Shown here piece after piece: positions 45,695-56,764 of a stretch of 64,000 bases of DNA. How positions within the stretch are numbered: the stretch's first letter is position 1; the number at the start of each line of letters is the position of its first letter. Below the pieces are notes generated by a model that was not told where the DNA came from, did no database searches, and saw only the letters and a list, made by a program, of their open reading frames with translations. This stretch comes from a virus (lineage: Duplodnaviria > Caudoviricetes), in IMG/VR virus record IMGVR_UViG_3300048995_000010, positions 35,351 through 99,350 of that record. One strand, written 5' to 3'. The translations under genes were made by a program, and so were the position numbers.

Positions 45695-46841
45695 ATGAAA
45701 AGTCTTGTCATCACCACCTACCATGTTCAGAAATCAGAAGGGTACAGTATCCCCAACAACCCAGTAGCAATTGCATTTCAACTAGAGAACCCTGATATGT
45801 ATAATGTCAAAGTCATCAATAACCGGCTGAGTGCTATCCGTGAAGGTTATCCAGTTCGTTTTCAAGTGATTGGATATACACCAAAAGATCATTTGGATCT
45901 GGTGCATGAACGACGCCAGACGGTAACTTGTCTATTGCGGGTACTAGCTGTCCAGGCTACTGAAATGGTATAAATTCGCTTTGGAAGATACTGCCAAGGG
46001 TGGTATCTTCCCTTCTTTTCAAAAACAACAGCTATGACATCTAACACACAACAGGGGCTAAAAGATTTCCTGAATTTATCGGCCGACAATGAAGTCGCAA
46101 TGTTCATTGTAGGTACTAAAAAGAAGACCAGCAAGATGCGCTATGATGAATTCGTCAAGTATAGTTTACCTCCGCTTAATGATCAGATCAAAAAGTACCT
46201 GGATTCAGTAGATATATTGATGCGGGAATGTGGTACTATTAAGAAAATTGAAGAGCTACACCTACCTAGTCTTCCGGAAGAAATCCGACTATGGATTGCA
46301 AATCATATCGATAAGCAGAAAGGAACTCTTGTAGAAAAGACATATCTCTGCCTGGATTTGATTCGTGCAGCCAGTAATACTATTGGTACTAACTGTGGTA
46401 AGATGGCGATGCACTATGGTAGAGCACTTCAAATGGCTCCAAAAATTGTAGGACTCGATGGACAATCTCTCTAACCAATTAAAGGATAGGTTGAATTTCA
46501 AGAGTCTTCTTATACCCTCTTGGTTTGGAATTAGATCAGAAGATTGGATTAGGGTTATGGACTCCATAGAGAAAGTCATTTGTGAAACAATGGCTAAGGA
46601 AGTCATTCAAAAGTTGCTGGAGATAGAAAACTCTCCTGAGTACTGGATGGACTGTGTTTCATGGCCCCATCCAGATCAGAAGTATCTCAAAGGACTTGCC
46701 TATCTCATTGACCTGGAGGCACCTGAAGACTGGCCAATTGAAATGAAAACTTTTGTTTTTGCCTATACCTTACAACAGATGCGTATGATCGCTCCTAAGT
46801 TACTAATGGAAGTGTACAAAATCAACCAACAAAAACAGTGA
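45695..46841 (+). CDS. Three hypothetical genes (45695-45973, 46034-46474, 46458-46841)
   Basis: Co-oriented ORFs with typical leaders. Confidence 0.55.
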
Positions 46842-46844
46842 ACT

Positions 46845-47696
46845 ATGGATATGGATGAACAACTAGGGGACTGGTATCCCCTACTTTCTCATGTCTTTAA
46901 GGAGCCATGGATGCAAAAACTTGGTAGAAGATTAGCCGCTGCAAAGTGGTTACAACCAAAGCTCGAAGATGTGTTCCGGGCATTCCGGTTATGTTCTCCT
47001 GAGTCACTCAGAGTGGTAATCATTGGACAGGATCCTTATATAAAAGGTGAGGCTGATGGACTGGCCTTCTCTTCCGGGGATAGGATGACACCATCTCTTC
47101 AGGTTGTTTTTGAAGAGATCAATCGTACTCATGAGTGTAAACGAACAGTTACTTGTCTGGATGACTGGGCAGAGCAGGGAGTACTGCTTCTTAACTCTGT
47201 ACTCACTACAGAAATGGAAGTGTCCCGGGCGCATGCCGGCTGGGGATGGGAATTGTTTGTACAGGAAGTTCTTCAAGTTCTCAGGAGTATGGATGAAAAT
47301 TTCGTGTTCATGACCTGGGGAAGAGATGCACAGAATGTCTTGAAGTCTTTTAGGCCAAAGACATTTTCAAACTATAGCGCATGGAGAATTTTGAATGCAC
47401 ATCATCCACAAGCACAGAACTACAATCCTGATAATAAGTTCGTAGGATGTAATCATTTCATCGAAGCGAATCTCCATCTGTTGAAACATGAACAGTATCC
47501 GATCTGGTGGTCCGACTCAAAATATCTGTCAGATCCAGAGAACTACAGGAAATATTGTGAAACCCTTCTAAAACAGATTCCCAATGCTACAACTCGTTTC
47601 GCTGAAGTCTTGCGTAGCAATGCTACAGTACCGGACACACCACGAACTTTCAATAAGGGATTGGAATCCGGATACGTTGATGATCTCCCATTTTAG
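46845..47696 (+). CDS. ung: Uracil-DNA glycosylase, family 1
   Basis: VVIIGQDPY, GLAFS, WAEQGVLLLNS and HHP motifs. Confidence 0.92.
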   Translation: MDMDEQLGDWYPLLSHVFKEPWMQKLGRRLAAAKWLQPKLEDVFRAFRLCSPESLRVVIIGQDPYIKGEADGLAFSSGDRMTPSLQVVFEEINRTHECKRTVTCLDDWAEQGVLLLNSVLTTEMEVSRAHAGWGWELFVQEVLQVLRSMDENFVFMTWGRDAQNVLKSFRPKTFSNYSAWRILNAHHPQAQNYNPDNKFVGCNHFIEANLHLLKHEQYPIWWSDSKYLSDPENYRKYCETLLKQIPNATTRFAEVLRSNATVPDTPRTFNKGLESGYVDDLPF

Positions 47697-47700
47697 GTAT

Positions 47701-47964
47701 ATGAAGTGTACTGTTCCAGCTATTTATGGTGGAAGTATTGGTATGCTGGAGTATCTGTTAGGGGAGAGACCAAAAGCCAGGATCGTTCATATTCTGTCAC
47801 ATGATAAAAAGCCAGGTGGACTACAGATTCTAGAAGAAGATGGAACTCTCTTCCAGGATGACTTTGGTTTACATGTGTTTTTGCACAGAGAGATAGACTG
47901 GTTTGGCACTATGACTGATCTGGATGAACGATTTGAAGATACCAACCTTTTGCCATTTGAGTAA
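47701..47964 (+). CDS. Hypothetical protein
   Basis: ORF between ung and polA. Confidence 0.45.
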   Translation: MKCTVPAIYGGSIGMLEYLLGERPKARIVHILSHDKKPGGLQILEEDGTLFQDDFGLHVFLHREIDWFGTMTDLDERFEDTNLLPFE

Positions 47965-47982
47965 CAACCAAAAACAAATCCA

Positions 47983-50241
47983 ATGGACCCACTAAACTAC
48001 ATACCAAGATCGTATCCACTTCATATGAATTACGTGGGACTTCTAGATGATCAGGAACGCCTATTTCAGCCAGAGTTTGAAGAGTTTGTAAAGTGGGCAA
48101 ATGACCAATACTGCCTGCAGGTCGATTTTGAAACCAATGTTGCCAGTGTTAGGGAAAGAAAGATCATTACAGTTCAATTTGGGGATCTATATGGAGACCA
48201 GCAATGGGGATTTCAGTGGTCTTATCTTAGTAAAGATCAACAGAACTTCATATTTCATTTACTGGAATCTACCAGATGGATGAAAATTATCCAGAATGCT
48301 GCTTATGAACTTATGGTGGCCTTGAATTATGGTGTCAGGATCAGAAACATCTATGATACCATGCTCATTGAACGTGTTCTTTGGTGTGGATATGAAGGTG
48401 TTCATAAGGTCTCAGCTGCACTGGAGGAAATCGTGAAACGCCGTTTAAATTTTGAGATGATCAAGGATGAAGGTGCCAACTTCGGAGATAACATCATCAC
48501 AGTGTCTAAGGTCAGGTATATGTGCAGAGATGTACAATTTCTTGGTCTGATCATGAAGCAACAGATGTTGGAGCTACACTTACATGATCTGGAGTATGTA
48601 GCTGCACTGGAGAATGAATCAGTGATAGGTTTTGCTCAAATGACATGGGAAGGAATGGAACTTAACCGGGAAGAATGGTTGGCCAATCTGGACTGGGCTA
48701 TGCCTCTGGTAGAAGACGCAGAGCAAAAACTCAATGAGTGGTTAAATGTAGAACCCTTTAGAAGACAGGCTATCAGGCTGAAATATATCAATGAAGAAGA
48801 TCAGATCCTCATTAACTGGAATAGTAATCCTCAGCGCAACTTGATAGCACAGAGGATGTTTCCTGGGTGTGGAAGTGCTACGAAACCTATGATCACTAAA
48901 TGGATCGTGAGTGCTCAAGGAATATACTCTACTGATCTCATGGAGATGGCTTATGAATTCATGGATCGTAAAGCAAGTCAGAGTCTTCTACTCGATGAGA
49001 TGTTACAGAACCATAAGGCATGGCTGATTCAGAACGAACTACTACGGCCGGCAGGTACCTGTATCATCAACTGGAATAGTGTGGATCAAGTACTCCCACT
49101 CATTAAGATTGTCAATCCCCGGATGGAGAATATGAATACCGATAGCATGGGAAAGTTCTCTCATCCTATTGGTATCGATATCGAGGAGTACAAGGAAAGG
49201 CTGAAGCTACTCAGTACTTATGGTGAGGAATTCCTACGCCATATCAATCCTGATGGTCGTGTACATACAAACTTCAATCAGATCATGAGTACTGGCCGGG
49301 TGAGTTGTAATAACCCAGGTATGCAGCAGATCCCTGCCAAGGAGTTGACTGGCATGAAGTATCGGAACTGTTTTAAACCCCCTGCAGGTCACAAGTTTGT
49401 ATCCTCCGATTATGTCTCTCAGGAGTTGGTGATCATTGCCTACATCACTGGAGATAAGAACTGGCAGGAAGCACTCAGGAAGAAACAGGATCTCCATTCG
49501 ATGGCTTCTGAACTTGTTTTTGCATCAGAAAAGAATCCTTTTCACCGGTCCTGGAAGCAAGCAGCTGAGGCTGACTGTGCTTACTATAAACAGGTGCGCG
49601 ATGAAAAGGGAAGACTAGAGCTTGCCAAACAGAAATGTAAGTGTCCAAAGCATAAGGTCATGCGAGATGCTTGTAAATCAATAAATTTTGGGCTTGCCTA
49701 TGGCATGACAGAGTATAGACTAGCAGCACTTCTTCGCATTAGTTTAAATGAGGCAAGAACGCTGATCCGGGATTATTTCATTGCAATGCCTGCTATCGGA
49801 AAGGTGATGAACTATCTGGGTCGATTTGGTATGCGTAATGGATACATACAGACGCTGGCACCGTTCTTTAGAAAACGATGGTTTCCGGAATGGCAATATC
49901 GTAAACAGTTTCTGGATGAGCATCTTGCTGGTATCCGTAATGACAAGTATCTTGGCAAGATTGATAAAGCTGCCAAAAACCAACCCATTCAGGGTACATC
50001 TGCTGACTGTACCAAGGTAGCTATCTGCATGGTGATGTGGGAACTGGATGAAAAGAAGATGCATGACACCGTGAAACTTGTTCTGCAGGTACATGATCAA
50101 TTAGACACCGTATGTCGTGATGATTATGCGGAAACCTGGAAACCACGGCTAACGGAAATCATGGAAGAAGCTGCTCTGGTAGTTATTCCTAATGGTTTAC
50201 TGAAGGCTGAAACAACCATAACCTCAGTTTGGAGCAAATAA
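47983..50241 (+). CDS. polA: DNA polymerase family A with 3'-5' exonuclease
   Basis: ExoI DFET; motif A SSDYVSQEL; motif B RDACKSINFGLAYG; motif C QVHDQL. Confidence 0.93.
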   Translation: MDPLNYIPRSYPLHMNYVGLLDDQERLFQPEFEEFVKWANDQYCLQVDFETNVASVRERKIITVQFGDLYGDQQWGFQWSYLSKDQQNFIFHLLESTRWMKIIQNAAYELMVALNYGVRIRNIYDTMLIERVLWCGYEGVHKVSAALEEIVKRRLNFEMIKDEGANFGDNIITVSKVRYMCRDVQFLGLIMKQQMLELHLHDLEYVAALENESVIGFAQMTWEGMELNREEWLANLDWAMPLVEDAEQKLNEWLNVEPFRRQAIRLKYINEEDQILINWNSNPQRNLIAQRMFPGCGSATKPMITKWIVSAQGIYSTDLMEMAYEFMDRKASQSLLLDEMLQNHKAWLIQNELLRPAGTCIINWNSVDQVLPLIKIVNPRMENMNTDSMGKFSHPIGIDIEEYKERLKLLSTYGEEFLRHINPDGRVHTNFNQIMSTGRVSCNNPGMQQIPAKELTGMKYRNCFKPPAGHKFVSSDYVSQELVIIAYITGDKNWQEALRKKQDLHSMASELVFASEKNPFHRSWKQAAEADCAYYKQVRDEKGRLELAKQKCKCPKHKVMRDACKSINFGLAYGMTEYRLAALLRISLNEARTLIRDYFIAMPAIGKVMNYLGRFGMRNGYIQTLAPFFRKRWFPEWQYRKQFLDEHLAGIRNDKYLGKIDKAAKNQPIQGTSADCTKVAICMVMWELDEKKMHDTVKLVLQVHDQLDTVCRDDYAETWKPRLTEIMEEAALVVIPNGLLKAETTITSVWSK

Positions 50242-50258
50242 CATCTAAATCCTATCAA

Positions 50259-50750
50259 ATGAAACACACAAATCTCAGTATAATAACCCCACTAACAGAG
50301 AATCGGGTAGGCTACATGACTATCCCTGGTATATCCATAGAATTCACATCTAAAGAGATTAAGTGGTTTAAGTTTCTTCCGATTGAAGAAAAGTACCGAA
50401 TGGTCTCTACAGCAGTTTGTGAAGTCATCTTGTTTAGAAAACAGGTTCTTGACCCTCCCAGACTCCTCAGTAAAGACAGATATGACACACTTCCAATAGC
50501 CAGATATTTTTGCATGTACTATCTGTATACTATAGGGGGTGCCAGTCTGAATGAAATAGCAAGGTTGTTAAGGCCCGAAGGAAAGAAACCAATGAACCAT
50601 ACGTCTGTAATTCATGGACGAGAGCAGATTAAGAATGCACTGAAGCCTACCAATAGAGATCCTTTTTCAGAACAGCTTAGAGAGTATAATGAGCAAATCA
50701 TTCCAAAAATCAAACAACGCATCAATGAAAGTAGTAGCACTCACGGGTAG
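50259..50750 (+). CDS. DnaA C-terminal (domain IV)-like HTH protein
   Basis: ARYFCMYYL..ASLNEIARLL..NHTSVIHG. Confidence 0.75.
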   Translation: MKHTNLSIITPLTENRVGYMTIPGISIEFTSKEIKWFKFLPIEEKYRMVSTAVCEVILFRKQVLDPPRLLSKDRYDTLPIARYFCMYYLYTIGGASLNEIARLLRPEGKKPMNHTSVIHGREQIKNALKPTNRDPFSEQLREYNEQIIPKIKQRINESSSTHG

Positions 50751-51441
50751 AGCAGGTAGTGGTAAGGATACTGCTGCCTTGGGAATTCGAATGTTAACCG
50801 GATCTCTTGATCCTAGCTGGCTAATGTCTATGGAAGGATGTCCCATATCTGGTCCCAATCGACATGTAGTAGATCTTAAAGAGTTCTTTGATACATCTTG
50901 GCCTAATGACTCTACCAATCCTAACCGTAGGTGGAAGATGTGGAAATTTTCTTATCCTGTCTATCAAATTGCAGCTGTTCTTACTGGTCATGATCCTGAT
51001 AAAGCTGAAGATCTGATGACTAGTGCATTTAAAGACAGTTATTGGAAAATTGGTCTTGATGATGTAGAGATGACCGGCCGGGAAATTCTTCAAAAAATAG
51101 GAGATGAAGGGGGTCGGCAAGTTTTTGGAGAGACTGTTTGGCTTCATAGAATGGATCAAAAACTGAAGGAACTGGCTAAAGATCATGAAGGAGTTATTAT
51201 CACTGATTGCAGATATCCAAATGAAGGTCACTTTTTAGAAGAAAGGTGGGGAGCTACAATCATTGGAATGAAAGGAAGAGATAGTGGAGTAAGTCAAAGT
51301 CATTCTTCTGAGAATCAGGTAGCTCATGTTCGAACTCACTGGATAGCAGATAATAGTCGTAGTTATACTCATCTTATGGTTCAACTACAGTATTTCTGCA
51401 CTGAACTAAAAATTTCAAACCATACATACACATGGAAATGA
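50725..51441 (+). CDS. Deoxynucleoside monophosphate kinase
   Basis: VVALTGRAGSGKDT, REILQKIG, ITDCRYPNE and HSSE. Confidence 0.88.
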   Translation: MKVVALTGRAGSGKDTAALGIRMLTGSLDPSWLMSMEGCPISGPNRHVVDLKEFFDTSWPNDSTNPNRRWKMWKFSYPVYQIAAVLTGHDPDKAEDLMTSAFKDSYWKIGLDDVEMTGREILQKIGDEGGRQVFGETVWLHRMDQKLKELAKDHEGVIITDCRYPNEGHFLEERWGATIIGMKGRDSGVSQSHSSENQVAHVRTHWIADNSRSYTHLMVQLQYFCTELKISNHTYTWK

Positions 51442-52964
51442 ACGAACAACACAAGCAGTATCCGTTGACTCCTTCAGAAGCTGTCGAATTATCGAAGCCT
51501 GTACTAAATGAAGGACAACAACATGCACATGACCGTACCGTAGCTTATGTCACCGGAGAAGGTGAGAACCTGCCCAGAATTATTTTGATCCGTGGTTATG
51601 CCGGTACTGGTAAGACCTTTACTGTCAACCGGATCATTGAAACCCTAAAATCCTGGTCTAATAAACAGAAGGACTACACCAAGAAGTTGTCTATTGCCGC
51701 TACGGCACCTACTCACAAAGCTGTACGGGTTATGAGAAAGAACGCAGAGCTGGGGAGTAGTGTGAACTACGCTACTCTTCACAGTCTACTGAAACTCAAG
51801 CCAAAGAATGATGAGAAGACTGGTAAGAAAATCTTCGTTCGGTCTACTGATCCCAATGATGGCAGAGGTGATGCCAATGTAATCTTTGTGGATGAAGTAT
51901 CCATGCTGGGAGATAAATCTAATGGCAAACATAGCGATGAAGAAATTGGCCTCTGGACTGCTCTGCAGGATTTACTAGATGACTATCCTCATATCAAACT
52001 TATTCTCCTGGGGGATCCTGTCCAAATTCCCCCAGTCAATGAAGTTGATTCTCCTGTGTTTTTGCAACCAGAGAAGTATGGTATCGAAGTACTGGAGCTT
52101 ACCCAAAGTATGCGTCAGGCTGGAGATAATCCCATTCTGGATTATGCTACTGATATCCGTAATACCTACAAAAACAGAGAGATTAATAGAGAGCCTTATG
52201 CCAGAATAATCAATGAGACTGGTATCACTTTATTTCCACTTACTGATGGGGCAAAAATTGATGAAGTTCTAGAGAGTCAATTTGGTTCTCCAGAGTTCAA
52301 GGCTGATGCAGACCATATGAAGGTAATAGCATGGACAAATAATACGGTGAATGCTTTCAATAACAAGATTCGTAGAATGCTCTATGCCATACCAGAAGGT
52401 ATGCTTGCACTTCCTCTACTGGTGAATGGTGAAAAGATAATCATGGATGACCGATATGTGGTACCAGGTACCAATGGGTTTGCTCTACCTACCAACGAGG
52501 AGTTGGAAGTAGTCTCCTATGAAGTCCTCAAGAAGGCTGTACCCTATAAGCTCTATACACCAATGGGATATGTGAACAAGTCCATCAATCCCCAGGTGTA
52601 TCAGACAAAGGCCCGCTTCCGTACTATTAAAGGAGACTGGAAAGAGGTGGAGATGGTCATTGCTCATGAACGGGCTGCAGCAGAAATCAAGGACATGATG
52701 GAGAAGGTAAAGAAGTCTTGTTTTGCTGCTCCATTTGGTTCAGAACGCTCTGACATGTGGAAGCACTTCTTTTTCCTTGAGGGGATTTTTGCAAAGGTGA
52801 AGTACAACTATGCTGTCACTGCACACAAGTCTCAGGGTTCTACTTACACCAACTGTATGCTGGCTATGTGGGATATCGTGAAGAATCCCCGGCTGGAAGA
52901 ACGTAACCGGATCATCTATGTTGGCGCCACCAGGGCCAGAAAGATGCTCTACATTATCAACTGA
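51432..52964 (+). CDS. SF1 helicase (Dda/RecD-like)
   Basis: GYAGTGKT, APTHKA, VDEVSM, GDPVQIPPV, YAVTAHKSQGST and YVGATRA. Confidence 0.9.
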   Translation: MEMNEQHKQYPLTPSEAVELSKPVLNEGQQHAHDRTVAYVTGEGENLPRIILIRGYAGTGKTFTVNRIIETLKSWSNKQKDYTKKLSIAATAPTHKAVRVMRKNAELGSSVNYATLHSLLKLKPKNDEKTGKKIFVRSTDPNDGRGDANVIFVDEVSMLGDKSNGKHSDEEIGLWTALQDLLDDYPHIKLILLGDPVQIPPVNEVDSPVFLQPEKYGIEVLELTQSMRQAGDNPILDYATDIRNTYKNREINREPYARIINETGITLFPLTDGAKIDEVLESQFGSPEFKADADHMKVIAWTNNTVNAFNNKIRRMLYAIPEGMLALPLLVNGEKIIMDDRYVVPGTNGFALPTNEELEVVSYEVLKKAVPYKLYTPMGYVNKSINPQVYQTKARFRTIKGDWKEVEMVIAHERAAAEIKDMMEKVKKSCFAAPFGSERSDMWKHFFFLEGIFAKVKYNYAVTAHKSQGSTYTNCMLAMWDIVKNPRLEERNRIIYVGATRARKMLYIIN

Positions 52965-52977
52965 TCAATTCAAAAAC

Positions 52978-54216
52978 ATGACAAAAACACCTGAGGAGGT
53001 ATCACAGATTAAAAGTGCTATCCAGGATATGGCCTACACCGCTTGGGTGAACTCTGGTAAGAAATCTACGATTGTAGCCGCTACCGGTGTAGGCAAGAGT
53101 CGGATCGCAGTTAGACGCTGCGAAGAAATCTGGAGTGATACCAGTGCTCTTGATCTACCCATAGGTAGAGAAGATGATATACGATCTATACTTCTGGTTA
53201 CACGTACTGAAAAACTCCGAGATATCAACTGGCCAGATGAGTTTAAAAAGTGGCATGCTGAAGAGTCCCTGGTCTTGGTCAAACGTATCTGCTATTCCTC
53301 TCTTAATAAGGAGAAGGGTAACAAGTATAGACTAGTCATTCTGGATGAAGTTCACCGGTTAACCCAGAGAAATGCTGAAGGCTTCCAGGAAGATAACCTG
53401 TTATCTGTGTTCTTCGCAGAGAATATGGCTGATGAAGTCATGGGACTTACAGCTACAGAACCGGACCCTAAGAGGGATCTAATCAAGTCTCAGATTTTTG
53501 AACAGATCTCACCAGTATGCTTTCGGTATACTCTGGATCAAGGGATCAAGGACGGTATTGTACCAAATTCCAGAATCAAGATCATTCAGATCCCTCTGGA
53601 GAGAGTAGTAAAGAATATTCCTGCTGGTACAAAGAAAGCTCCTTTTCTTGCTACTGAACAGAGTGCTTATGAGTACATGAACAAGCAGGTAGGGAAAGCT
53701 CAGGCTGCAGCTTCCAAGGATCCAAAGAAGGCTGGCTGGGCTCAGTCACTGTATGGTGCTAGGAAGAGATTCATTTCAAATCTTCCTTCCAAAAACAGAG
53801 TAGCTAAGAAAATCATCGAGAAAGTTCTCCCTGGTAACCGGGTACTGATCTTCTGTGGGAGTGTTGACCAATCCAGAGAGTTGTGTGGAGAAAATGTACA
53901 CAACTATAAGGACCAGAAATCTGGTATGCTGGAGAAGTTCAAGGCTGAGGAGATAGACTATCTGGGTGCCATCGATGGTGTCAATGAAGGAGAGAATATT
54001 CCCAATCTGGATCACCTCATTATTGTTCAGATGAATAGTAATGAACGTGATGCTATCCAGCGGATGGGAAGGCTCCGCTACAAGGAGAATCATATTCCTA
54101 CCGTCTACATTCTTGTGTCTCAGGGCACAAAAGATGAGGACTGGGTACGCAAAGCTATGATCAATATTGACAGGGAGAGAATCACATATGAATCCTACCT
54201 GGAATACCTGAAATAA
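52978..54216 (+). CDS. SF2 DExH helicase
   Basis: ATGVGKS, LDEVH, GLTAT and QRMGR. Confidence 0.88.
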   Translation: MTKTPEEVSQIKSAIQDMAYTAWVNSGKKSTIVAATGVGKSRIAVRRCEEIWSDTSALDLPIGREDDIRSILLVTRTEKLRDINWPDEFKKWHAEESLVLVKRICYSSLNKEKGNKYRLVILDEVHRLTQRNAEGFQEDNLLSVFFAENMADEVMGLTATEPDPKRDLIKSQIFEQISPVCFRYTLDQGIKDGIVPNSRIKIIQIPLERVVKNIPAGTKKAPFLATEQSAYEYMNKQVGKAQAAASKDPKKAGWAQSLYGARKRFISNLPSKNRVAKKIIEKVLPGNRVLIFCGSVDQSRELCGENVHNYKDQKSGMLEKFKAEEIDYLGAIDGVNEGENIPNLDHLIIVQMNSNERDAIQRMGRLRYKENHIPTVYILVSQGTKDEDWVRKAMINIDRERITYESYLEYLK

Positions 54217-54240
54217 TTGGTCACAAGGTTAGGAAGTTAC

Positions 54241-54273
54241 CGGGGGGTTTAGTACTTTAGACCTCCCGCTTTT
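54241..54273 (+). terminator. Terminator-like hairpin
   Basis: CGGGGGGTTTA..TAGACCTCCCG followed by CTTTT. Confidence 0.55.
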
Positions 54274-54294
54274 AGAATCCCAAAAACAAGTCAG

Positions 54295-54795
54295 ATGGAT
54301 GAACAGTCTAAGGCTGCACTGGAACTCCTGGTGCAGAATGGCTATCTAGAGATAGTCAAGGAGAAGTATCGTGCTACAGCGAAGCTCAACAAGGTTGAAG
54401 TAGAGTCTCTACAGATACAGACTTTGGTGGGTATAGCTACTATGTCCTGGGAAGATCTCTATGTGAAATTCATCCAGGACTGTACGATTCCTAAATGGGG
54501 AGAAAGCGGGAATGGTGATCTGTATGAGTTGAACAAGTATAGTGCTGATGCCATGAAAGTCTTTCGTAAGATGATTGAGAAAGATGGTATCAAGTATGAT
54601 TTACTTGTGAAGGTGACAATAGCCTATTACAAAAGTGGAAACCGGTTTCGAAAGAAGATTGGGAACTATATCACTGAAGGTCTCTGGCGCCTGGATTACA
54701 TGACACTAAAAGATCAACCTTTAGAGAAACAACAGCAAACACTCAACAACCAAATTAATGACGCCAAACCATTTACAAGGGATCGTATTGGCTGA
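54295..54795 (+). CDS. Hypothetical replication protein (possible helicase loader)
   Basis: Directly upstream of and overlapping the DnaB-like gene. Confidence 0.45.
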   Translation: MDEQSKAALELLVQNGYLEIVKEKYRATAKLNKVEVESLQIQTLVGIATMSWEDLYVKFIQDCTIPKWGESGNGDLYELNKYSADAMKVFRKMIEKDGIKYDLLVKVTIAYYKSGNRFRKKIGNYITEGLWRLDYMTLKDQPLEKQQQTLNNQINDAKPFTRDRIG

Positions 54796-55921
54796 TAATG
54801 ACTGGGATAAGAAGCCTGATTCATTCACAAAAGCGGTAGATAGAGGAAGACAAGGGTTGTCCATGGGATTTGATAACGGGGGCACTCGTATCAATGAGTA
54901 TTTGTATGGAACTCACCGTGGACGTTACTATCTTATAGGTGCCGATTCAGGGGTAGGTAAGACTACTCTCGCTGACTTTATGTTTGTCATAAAACTGTGG
55001 CTGGATTGTAAACGAAAAGGGGTATCTATCAGGATAGTGTACTTATCCTTTGAGCTATCCAAAGCAGCGAAGATCGCTCGCTGGGTATCCCTTTTCATCA
55101 AGTTTTTGTACAACCTGGAGATTCCCAGTGATTATATCATGGGGAGAATTCCAGGTCTCCTGCTCTCAGATGATCACATGGAGATGGTGAAAGTAGCCAA
55201 GGGATATGTTGATCTATTTTTGAAAGATTGTGAGGTCATTGAGGCAGGTGTACACCCTACCTGGATCCTGAATCATATGGTAGAACTCTATGAACAGCTT
55301 GGGACTATCAACCGGGCGCCTCATCCAAAAGATCCAAAGAAGAAGGGTTTCATTAGTGGGTATACTCCCAAGGATCCTAACCAGGTGACTATGCTTGTAT
55401 GTGATCACTTGGCACTGGCACATGGAGAAAAGGATGCTACTTCACTTAAAGCCATCATTGACAAAATCAGTAACTATGCTGTCTTCCTTCGGAACACTTT
55501 TGATACCATCATTGTGTTTTTGCAGCAATTCTCAACTGACCTGGTTAGTACTCACCGGGCAAGTAAGAAAGGTGACAGTTACATTGTACCTCAACGGATT
55601 GATTTCGGTGACAGTAAGTATACCTACCGAGATGCTGATGTTGTATTTGGTTTGGTGTCTCCAATGGGTTTTGATGAAAAGAAGTACAAAGGCTATGATA
55701 TCGAGCGTTTACTGAACTACTTCCTTGCTCTGCACTTAATGAAGAATCGACACGGCCCCGCCAGTCGTATGATGCCATTATTCATGAATCCTGCTGCCGG
55801 CACTTTCCATGAGCTCCCAAAAGATCCCCTCAACGAACTTGAGATGGAGCCATGGTATGCAGAAGTTGACCGGTTGGAGCAAGTGGGTTCATTATTTATT
55901 CCGAAACAATTAAACAGTTGA
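54758..55921 (+). CDS. dnaB: DnaB-like replicative helicase
   Basis: GADSGVGKTT, YLSFEL, CDHL, RDADVV and KNRHG. Confidence 0.85.
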   Translation: MTPNHLQGIVLADNDWDKKPDSFTKAVDRGRQGLSMGFDNGGTRINEYLYGTHRGRYYLIGADSGVGKTTLADFMFVIKLWLDCKRKGVSIRIVYLSFELSKAAKIARWVSLFIKFLYNLEIPSDYIMGRIPGLLLSDDHMEMVKVAKGYVDLFLKDCEVIEAGVHPTWILNHMVELYEQLGTINRAPHPKDPKKKGFISGYTPKDPNQVTMLVCDHLALAHGEKDATSLKAIIDKISNYAVFLRNTFDTIIVFLQQFSTDLVSTHRASKKGDSYIVPQRIDFGDSKYTYRDADVVFGLVSPMGFDEKKYKGYDIERLLNYFLALHLMKNRHGPASRMMPLFMNPAAGTFHELPKDPLNELEMEPWYAEVDRLEQVGSLFIPKQLNS

Positions 55922-55925
55922 CAAT

Positions 55926-56732
55926 ATGGGTATAGTACTGCCTACAGAGCCTGTAAAGGCTACACGAATTGACCCTGCCATTCTTATTCTCTATGGGGCT
56001 AAGAAGGTAGGTAAAACAGAGCTACTTCGTCAATTACCCAACTGTCTTATACTAGATGGTGAAAAGGGTACTGAGGAAATTGACGCTTTAAAAGTTCAAT
56101 TTAGCACTCTTGCTAATTTGAAAGAGATCCGAAATAGTATAAGGGATCAGGGAACTGAACGAATGAAGCTCAATAAAGCAGCTGTAGCTGCTGGTAAACC
56201 TGAACCTTATCCTGGTGACTCTATCTTTCCATACCGGTATCTTGCCCTGGATACTATTGACTCTGTAGAACCAATGGTCATCTCTAGTGAAACTGTTCGC
56301 TTTAAGAAGACTACTAAGGGAAAAGACTTCGATGGAGATAGTGTATTAGAGCTTGATTTTGGTCTGGGATATCACTTTCAGAGGGAGGGGGTTAAAGATG
56401 TGATCTATGATCTGGCCTCAGTTTGTAGAACTCTCATTATTATCTCTCACCTTGATGAGAAAATAAGGAATAAAGGAGGTATGGATGTTACTTCTCAAGA
56501 TATCTCCCTGAGTGGTAAACTTGGGGGTATCGTATGTGCTATGGCATCTGCAATTGGATATATCTCACGTAAACCCTCAAACAAAGAGGGTGTTATTGAT
56601 CCGGTAACTGTTAGTTTTAGAACTACAGATGGGATCACCATGGGGGCTCGTACAAAACATTTGAGAGGAAAGACCTTTGAATTCTCCTGGGATAAGATCT
56701 TTATTGAAGATCCTGCTCTGAAAACAATGTAA
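55926..56732 (+). CDS. AAA ATPase (Sak4/AAA_24-like)
   Basis: LYGAKKVGKT, ILDGEKG, ALDTI and ISH. Confidence 0.8.
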   Translation: MGIVLPTEPVKATRIDPAILILYGAKKVGKTELLRQLPNCLILDGEKGTEEIDALKVQFSTLANLKEIRNSIRDQGTERMKLNKAAVAAGKPEPYPGDSIFPYRYLALDTIDSVEPMVISSETVRFKKTTKGKDFDGDSVLELDFGLGYHFQREGVKDVIYDLASVCRTLIIISHLDEKIRNKGGMDVTSQDISLSGKLGGIVCAMASAIGYISRKPSNKEGVIDPVTVSFRTTDGITMGARTKHLRGKTFEFSWDKIFIEDPALKTM

Positions 56733-56764
56733 TAATTCAATCATTCATAAACAAAAACAGTACA

